Source: Octopus vulgaris
Lineage: Eukaryota
Length of the DNA: 64,000 bases
Assembly (NCBI GenBank): GCA_951406725.2
Contig: OX597814.1
Location: 63,302,001 to 63,366,000, forward strand
Direction: 5' to 3'
The position numbers and the translations under genes are program-made. Shown here in pieces: positions 55,713 to 64,000 of the stretch. Below the pieces are notes generated by a model that did not search any database, was not told the origin of the DNA, and saw only the letters and a program-made list of their open reading frames with translations. How positions within the stretch are numbered: the first letter of the stretch is position 1; each line of letters begins with the position of its first letter.

Positions 55713-56260
55713 AAGGCGGCGAGAATGGGTAGCACACCAGGTGAAATGCTTAACGGCATTTCGTTCGTCTAAGGCGGTGAGCTGGCAGAAACGTTAGCAC
55801 GCCGGGCGAAATGCTTAGCGGTATTTCGTCTGCCGCTACGTTCTGAGTTCAAATTCCGCCGACGTCGACTTTGCCTTTCATCCTTTCGGGGTCGATTGAA
55901 TAAGTACCAGTTACGCACTGGGGTCGATATAATTGACTTAATCCGTTTGTCTGTCCTTCTTTGTCCTCTCTGTGTTTAGCCCCCTGTGGGTAGTAAAGAA
56001 ATAGGTATTTCGTCCGTCTTTACATTCTGAGTTTAAATTCCGCCGACGTCGACTTTGCCTTTCATCCTTTTGGGGTCGATTAAATAAGTACCAGTTACGT
56101 ACTGGGGTCGATATAATCGACTTAATCCGTTTGTCTGTTCTTCTTTGTCCTCTCTGTGTTTAGCCCCTTGTGGGTAGTAAAGAAATAAGTATTTCGTCCG
56201 TCTTTACATTATGAGTTCAAATTCCGCCGACGTCGACTTTGCTTTCATCCTTTCTTGGAT
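55713..56260 (+). mobile_element. Nested/tandem SINE-like copies
   Basis: Old head 55713-55770, full copy 55772-56003, body repeat 56004-56189, partial body from 56190. Confidence 0.85.
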
Positions 56261-57025
56261 GTTGAGTAGTAGGAGTAGAGTACTGAGGTCAATGTAATCT
56301 TCAATCACCAAATTTTCAACAAATACCATAGTTTAATCCTGAATCCCTATTTACTAGCACGGCATTATTCATTCATTTCATCTAAGGGACACAGTCATAC
56401 AGCCTATCGATCATTCATCTATTCTTCGATATATTTATACTCTCCAGAAATTATGCAATTATCTACACAAAGTATCCATGCATCGTGGGATCCATTCACC
56501 CACTTTGTTTTTAACTCTTCATCCACCAGGTCACAAACATACAACCATCTTCGCATTAACCTATTCACTAATTCATGCACGCTGTATCATCACCTATAAA
56601 ACGATCGATACGTCAACCTACTTATCTATATAGTTATTGATCCTGTATTCTATTTACATCCACCTAATTTTAACTACAACTTTGACACGTATAAGCAGAA
56701 TATCCACAATTATCCTCATGAATATATATCTGTATAAAATATACTGGGAAAGTAGGAAATAAGCAACCAGTAAGCTGCAACAGCCGCAACTTACTCCCGA
56801 TTTACTTGATTCATTTCGTTTAAGTTTGCTCCTCCTGAAACACTGGGGAAAGTCGTAAAAGCCACGAGGTCAATTTACTACTGCATTGATTTATAAATTT
56901 GTATAAAACAAAAAGATAAAATAGAAAAAGCAAACAAATAGATGTTTTATGATCTTTGTTTAGTTAGTGTTAGAACATACAATGCAGCATGTATTAATGA
57001 AATGCTAAAAATAAACGAGGATAAT

Positions 57026-57147
57026 CACATGGTTTCGGGTTCAACCTCAACGCGGCACATTAGTCACATATCTTCTTCTATAGCACCAGGTCCATCAATT
57101 CGTTTTGAACGAATTTTGTAGACGGAAACTATGTGGAAGCCCGTCGT
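57026..57147 (+). mobile_element. SINE fragment
   Basis: CACATGGTTTCGGGTTCA...GTAGACGGAAACT..GCCCGTCGTATA. Confidence 0.65.
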
Positions 57148-57197
57148 ATATATATATATACATATATATATATACACATATATATATACACACACAT

Positions 57198-57236
<39 letters not shown>

Positions 57237-57258
57237 TATATACACATATATAATACAT

Positions 57259-57295
<37 letters not shown>

Positions 57296-57336
57296 CATAT
57301 ATATATACACATATATAATACATACACACACACATA

Positions 57337-57380
<44 letters not shown>

Positions 57381-59508
57381 AATAATTATATATATATATA
57401 TTCTAAACAAAACTGTCCAACGAATGGGCACGCGAAACTCTGTGTAACAGTTGTTTGTGATATTTTTGTTACTTTTTAATAAAGTATATATATATATAAC
57501 TACGATAGTAGTTCAATAATATTCTTAAGGCCACAATTTACTCTCACGCCGCATATTTTAGGGCTTATTGGTAATTCAGTTCTCAACCTGATTAAGAATT
57601 GTTAACGTATTTGAAGAGAGTTGGTCCCTAGCGACATTTTGGCATAAAAAATTGAGATTTGTTCCTGTAGAAAAAAGTTTACATCAAAATTTGTAGCAAC
57701 GTTATAGGAGAGTAAGTAATGTCACCAATCAGGTTTAGATCTAAAAAAAACGTTTTTTTCATTTTAAAAAGAAAATATATCTTACTTAGCTTCAATGATA
57801 GAAGAAAACATAAAGAATTTCATAGTTTTTGTTCTATGCAACAAACATTTGTATCCGAAAAGTTGTGAGGTAAAATATCACGAAAAAATTATAAGGCAAA
57901 AAATTGGATTTAAGTATAATTAACTTTTTTATTTAAAAGAAAAAAAAACTATATTTTAATTAAGCTTAAATAATAGAGTTCAATTCTAGGCATTTCATGG
58001 TACGAATTTCAAGCAATGAACATTTAAAAGAAAAAAGTTATGAGTGTTTGTTTCTCAAATTTGAGGGTGATAATTTTTAATAATATATGACACCGGCATC
58101 ATTGAGGTAAGGGGAAAATTATCAACCACACTGCTAATTGACGCATTTAACACATTATTAATTAAAATAATAGCATGGCGTGGAAACCTGCAAACACAAT
58201 TACTACTAAGTACACAAAATAATCTGTTCCCTTAATAACTAACAAGATCATTCTAAGTCTTAAGTGATACTAGTACTATAGTCAACGCACACTCTACTGT
58301 AATGTACTGTAAGATTTTAAGATCTCTCACCTAGAAAATACTTTAGTAAGGACTACTTGAATCCTCAGTTCGCTTTACCCTCCCACATTTGTAAAACTAT
58401 CGTTTCCAGTTGGCTACGTGACACAAGCGTTCTGTGTCCTTAAGTTTTCAAACAGGGGAGATAAGCACCTCCACCCAGGAGAGCCAGCATCTAGAGACTA
58501 GTTCCAGACTTATTGCTCTTCATCTTTCTTGAGTAGCTTAGCTTGCTAGCTGTCGATGCTTTTTCTCCTTTGAAAACTTATAGAATTTCAAGTGAAATAA
58601 ATTCACTGATCTACAAAATTAGAAATATTGCATTTCTAAATCTGCCAGAAAGACTTATACAGTAGTAGTACGATAAGTACTAGGGTTGGGTTGATTTCTT
58701 CGATGAAACGATCTAAGAGAGTACCCCAGCGTAGTCCAGTTAGTACAAGTAAAATCAAAATTTAAAAAACAAACAGTATCTAACATTCTTTTCTTTTTAC
58801 GGCATACACAAGAGATATTAATTATGGGTAGTTGAATTAATCGTGAATCAAGGTAACGGGCGTATCACGAATTGTTCGGTTTGTTGACTGAAGAAAATAG
58901 AGTTGTTTACAAACAATTTCAAACGGGAATTTTGTCTCTTGTTTACGATAAGTGCACTGTTCAATCAAATGATAGGCTCATTATATTTTCATTCCTTCAA
59001 TTGTTCCATTCTTTGAAATCTGATTACACCAAGGCATCATCTGCAAGGGTTAGAATGTATTTTACCGAACTTGGCACTTATTTCCTCAGTCTGTTTCTTA
59101 TTTTTCTGATACTTCATTGTTTTTGTTGTTATTGTTGCTACGATTGTGGTAATTGTTTTTCCTATCATAACTGTTGTTTTTGTTATCACTATCGTCTAAG
59201 TTTTTGTTGTTGCTTAACATTGTGACACCTTAATTAACAAGATTTTTTGATCAAAGGTGCTGCTGTCTTGACTGTTCTCTTTATTCAAGAGTACTATAAC
59301 ACGGGCATTTTTTATTTCTCTTTTTAAAGATGATGTAAGGTGCTCGCGTTATTCACAAGATTTATCAGCTATTTTGAGGAAATTTAAAATTTGTATAGAG
59401 ACTTTCATAAATTCGTCTATGAGATGTGTATGTGTTTGTCAGTTTCTATTAGATCGTATGTATAAAAGTAACAATATATTTATATTTTGTTTCTGTATAT
59501 TTTGGCAG

Positions 59509-59702
59509 GCGCGTTGGTGTTGTCACAAGAAAAACGACTTATAAAAACTTTGATCGAGCAATACCAAACCTCAGGTAAGACAGGCAGACCGGTGAACGAC
59601 CCAAATGAAACAATTACAGTAGAATACGGAGTAAGCTTAATTCAGATCCTGGATTTAGACGAAAGAAACCAAATATTATCAATAAATGTCTGGATCACTT
59701 AC
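59509..59702 (+). CDS. Ligand-binding-domain exon of a nicotinic acetylcholine receptor-type (Cys-loop) subunit
   Basis: (G)ALVLSQEKRLIKTLIEQYQTSGKTGRPVNDPNETITVEYGVSLIQILDLDERNQILSINVWITY: E.RL helix, RPV, LIQI.DLDE.NQ.L..N.W; TTTTGGCAG acceptor, TAC|GTAAGT donor; gene continues beyond the window. Confidence 0.93.
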
Positions 59703-60368
59703 GTAAGTTATTTTACGTTTATTATAGAATTATTGATAGGTGAAAAATGCCTTTGAAGAAAGCGCTCGTGTTGTAGACATTGAAATACGTGTTTTCCTGA
59801 ATTCTATTTTCAAATTTTTGCACAAGGCCAGTAATTTCGGGGAAGGGGTAATTCTATTTCATCCACGCTAGTGGTCATAGTGTTGTCTACATTTGCATTG
59901 TTGGCAATGGTGTTAATATTGTGGTAGCATCGTTGGTTATTTGTCCTTGTAGTAGTCGTTGACAAGGTGGTAACTGACAATGACAACAAAACTAATCGAG
60001 GCAAGCGATAGAGACGTCGGCAGCTCTGACGGCGACTGACATGGTACTAGTAGGCAACAGAGCCAATCACCGACCTAGTGACGTTGATATTGATCGTGGT
60101 CACAACGATGAGGTGGCAGTTAGTAATTTATAGGAGTCACCGGCCACACACACATATACACACACGTACACACACACGCGCACATACACAGTCCAGCGCG
60201 CGCGCACACGCACACACACAATGTTTCAAAAATTCAACAGGAACACAACAAATGGAAAATTCACATAAAAATCGTTGCAAATTCCTCATCAGTAACCGTC
60301 CAAATGATCATAACAATTTCGCGTCTATAACGATGAGAGGGAGGAGGAGCTACAGACTTGTGACATAG

Positions 60369-60755
60369 AGGGAAACTGGAAATTCCTACGTGACAGCTTA
60401 CTGAGCGCCATAGACCAAATCTGCGGCTGATGCAAAGTCCCTTCCAGACCAAGGGTAAGTTGGTGTTGGAATAATACTGTAGACAGGGCCATTAGAGAAA
60501 AGAAACAGACCTGGAAAACCTGGAAGAGTGGGTTTAGCATGGAAATGTACCAGATAGCCAGAAGGGAGGCTGGGAGACGGGTATACATAGCCAAGGAAGA
60601 AGCAGAGAAGAATAAGTTTGCCAGTGTTCAGCGACACGAGGACCAAAGAACTAAAGTATTTCGGATTGTAAGACAGTGTGTGAGAGAAAATTATGATGTT
60701 ACAGGAGAGAAATGTGTCCGCTTGGATGATGGTGCACTTGCTTTTAATGATGTGT
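60369..60755 (+). mobile_element. LINE (RTE-like) ORF2 fragment from between EN and RT
   Basis: WCWNNTVDRAIREKKQTWKTWK..YQIARREAGRRVYIAK. Confidence 0.7.
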
Positions 60756-61619
60756 AAATATGAAAATTAAGTGAGCATATGTGTGAGTGCGCCATGGTAT
60801 TTGTGTTTGGGTGTGTACGTGTGTGTGGACCTGTGTTTATGCGTGTGTATGTGAGACTGTCTAACGTATACGTGTGTGTGTGTGAGGCTATCAGATGTGT
60901 GTCTGTAGCAGCTAATGTTTGCATGTTTGTGTGTGTTCTTCTGTCGTTCATTTTAGGTATGTGTGTGTTTGCATGTGTGTATGTGAGTGCGTAAGAGGCA
61001 GTGTGACATATGCATGCGTGTGTGTGTATAATATATGTGCTGCACTATTACGTGCCGTATGTATTATGTATGCTACTGCGTGTGTATGTATGTGGGGGAA
61101 TGAGCGTGTCCCTAATTTCAGTCGTTGCGCTTATGTGGGGCCGTTGGATAAGATGTGTGTGTGTGTATAAAGTTGAAATCTAGGTACATTGTATTTGGAC
61201 GTGTAAGGGCGCTTATATGTGTGTGTGAGGTTATCTTATGTACTTGTAGTTGTAATGTGATATATATGGGTCGACCATGATGGAGGAGTCAGGTGGAATA
61301 AGGGTGACAAAAGAGGTAGGTATTAGGTGTATCCGTGCATGACTATATAAAACCCTGTAGGTGTATCTGTGCATGGCTATATAATACTCTATAGGTGTGG
61401 GAAAGGAAGTGGGTGTTTTCGTGTGTTTGGAGTGGGAGAAGTGCGCGCGTGTGTGCGCACCTGTGTGTAGGTTTAATTATACGCTGTAGAGGCATAATAT
61501 TGTGTGTTGAGTGGATGATGAGTTAAACGTGTAGAAATGGAGGGTGGGTGGAGAAAAGGCAGTGGAATGTGGAAGGTGTGTGTAAATGTGCGTGGAAATG
61601 GGTTTAGGTAGGTGAAAAA

Positions 61620-61910
61620 TTTAGACTATAAGTGAATGAGCAACGGTGAGAGAAACGAAGTTTCAATGGAGGTGAGAGTGCGAGTGACATCTGTGCAATA
61701 TCAGTTCGAATACAAACAGATGTTGCAGGGAATAACCAGTCAAGGAGAAGTAGAGCGAGACAGGAGGGTCTTTGTAGAGTCTAATGTTCCGGAGATGTCT
61801 GTCAATCCGAACAGCTAAATGCCGACCAGTTTGGCCAATGTACAAGGAATGACAGAGAGGTCAGAGGATGAAGTAGTTTGAATGACTGGAGGAGCAAGTT
61901 ATATTAAGAA
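61620..61910 (-). mobile_element. Penelope-like GIY-YIG fragment
   Basis: LYIGQTGRHLAVRIDRHL..PVSLYF. Confidence 0.7.
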
Positions 61911-62867
61911 GGGTTTTATTTTTGTTTTTCTAATTTTAAAGACAATGGAGTGGTGCGGGATTTATTATTTTTGGTAACTGTTTCCAAATGTTATTTTTCA
62001 TTGTTTATAATGGAACAGTTTCACCGTGATCGACTTTGTTTTTCATCCCTTCGAGTGTCGACAAAATAAGAACTAGAACAATTTCACCACTTGGGTACGT
62101 GGTGCAGTGCCATGTTTTTCGATAATTAATTTCCAGGACCTAGTCCATAAATGCCCTGAAAATAAAAGAAAAGTGTTAAAAAATAAACGAATTATCAAAG
62201 ATTGCGATCCTCGGTGACTTTTGGGACCCCTATATATTGATTGGCTGGCTTTGTTGCAAAGATGAATAATGAAAACAAAGGAAAAAAATCTGTTCCATAT
62301 ATCATACTAATTCCACTTTAAAGAACTATATTGCAGCAATTTCAATATAACCCAAAAGAATAGGCGGTTGTAAATCACTTTGCTAAATTTTCATTATTCT
62401 CCAAGGCAAATTCGCCCCATTCTCCTGGGATAAAGTTTTGCATGGTATCACACACACACAAACAAACAAGTACAGACACACACACACACAAAACGCATGC
62501 TCAAATAAGCATAAATATCTGTTCACCAGCAACAGCCTTCTCTAGGAAGCATATAAAATCATGTTCATATTAAAACAACACAATATTACAATTATTGACA
62601 TATAACGATCTAAATTCATATCCCCGATCATTTATATATCATGAACTAAATTTTCTAATGCATCACTTGAAACAGGAATGAGACTGGCTGCTATTTCAGA
62701 GGAACGAATCGAGGTTCCAGATATGTACAAAATTATTTAACTTATAGATTTGTCAATCGGGAAAGTATACGCACAAGAAAACCTGTCTTCACCCATAAAT
62801 AATATGCATATATGAGAACGTATAAATACATACATACTTGCATACACACACACACATACACACACAA

Positions 62868-62924
<57 letters not shown>

Positions 62925-63111
62925 TATATATATATATATTAAGGTGGCTGTTTGCAATTTACAATCAAAAGGCAACGAGTATAGTCGTCATTAAAGTGAT
63001 GTGGGGTGCTAGCCAGCACCACAGTTACCAGAAATAAGAGTCAAAACAACTTTTAGCCACCTGAGAGCACTTTTCTAACAAGTGACGAGGGAGACAAGCT
63101 CCCTAGGGTAA

Positions 63112-63182
63112 GCGAGATGGAATGATATCAGCTCTGATTTCAGATTTAGTTAATCTTCATCAGTGACCCATTACTCCGTCGC
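63112..63182 (-). ncRNA. Type I hammerhead ribozyme (family 3)
   Basis: Minus strand: AUGGGUCA / CUGAUGA / AGAUU-AACUA-AAUCU / GAAA / UCAG-AG-CUGA / UA / UCAUUCCAU; C.C mismatch in stem I. Confidence 0.6.
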
Positions 63183-63339
63183 CGAGAGTTAAAGAATTTA
63201 ACTGTCAGTCTTAGGAAACATATGAAACATTGACTGCTTCCAACAATGGTGAAGTGAGAATTATAAGGTGGCTATTCGCAATTTCCATCGGAAAGGTAAC
63301 AAGTTTAGTCGTGATAATGGAATATAATTTTTTCGAATT

Positions 63340-63535
63340 TTAACACAAGTCTAGAATTTCGGGGGAAGTGATGAGTTCATTGAATCGACCCCAGTGCTCA
63401 ACTAGTACTTATTTTGTCGACACTCCAAGGGTTGAAAGACAAAGTCGATCACGGCGGAATTTGAACTCAGAACATAAAGACGTACGGAATATCACTAAAT
63501 ATATTACCCGGCGTGCTAATGATTCTGCCAGTTCA
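63340..63535 (-). mobile_element. SINE-like repeat (same family as 55772-56003)
   Basis: GGCGGAATTTGAACTCAGAAC...CCGGCGTGCTAA..TTCTGCCAG. Confidence 0.75.
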
Positions 63536-64000
63536 CAGTAATAATATAAATGATGTTAACTGATAAACAGATCAAAATTAGTGACTAATAAAAGGAAAAT
63601 AAATAATTCATTCTGTGGTCGTCTTGGTATTTGTTAGTTTTGAAAGCTATGCACGTCTTAGTGATGCTGTGAGACTGCTATGACTCCTGTGACCTTCTAC
63701 CTCACACCGGTTTACATTTATATATATATATATTTCCTTCATTTCATTCACTTCATCTTCTCCTCAGGCTTTTTCTCTCCTTGCGCTTATACAATAGAAT
63801 ATGACGAAACATCCAATAACTATTACATTTCATTACAAACATCAGTTTTCTTCCACTGCAAGATATCAAATATTCAAGAGCCATGTTTAAACTGAATTTT
63901 CGTATTCACTCGCTATACACTGTCTTGAGGCAGTGAAGTATTTCGTTGCATATTGACGATCCATTTGATACACGAATTCCGAGTAACGCCAACAATCTAG

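Noticed and set aside
57520-58090. AT-rich segment starting TTAAGG with diverged internal repeats (possible DNA transposon relic)
   Set aside because: Could not identify a matching terminus
59509-59702. Cephalopod chemotactile receptor assignment
   Set aside because: The exon looks like a conserved nAChR-type N-terminus; the diagnostic binding loops are outside the window

Overview
AT-rich eukaryotic DNA dense in microsatellites ((TA)n, (CA)n, (TATG)n, (TAA)n) and transposon relics. The repeat landscape (tRNA-derived SINEs, Dong/R4 and RTE LINEs, mariner/maT, Helitron-like and Penelope-like elements) looks like Octopus; this is an inference from recalled repeat families, not a database hit. 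Most long 'ORFs' in the track are microsatellite translations. One host gene is supported, on the + strand: the 5' part of a Cys-loop nicotinic acetylcholine receptor-type subunit. It has a signal-peptide exon (19370-19442), a candidate in-frame 6-nt microexon (28979-28984) and the first ligand-binding-domain exon (59509-59702), spanning about 40 kb of intron. The standout feature is a set of hammerhead ribozyme (HHR)-bearing, (TA)n-flanked, retrozyme/Penelope-like elements. The main one is a near-identical 558-bp tandem array (21754-23337) with a type I HHR in every unit on the host-gene sense strand, plus a 5' inverted copy whose junction overlaps the predicted cleavage site. A second family (31559-32495) has the same architecture and 3' terminus, and further intact or degenerate HHRs lie near 14.7, 49.5 and 63.1 kb. 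All structures were read by eye; nothing was computed.
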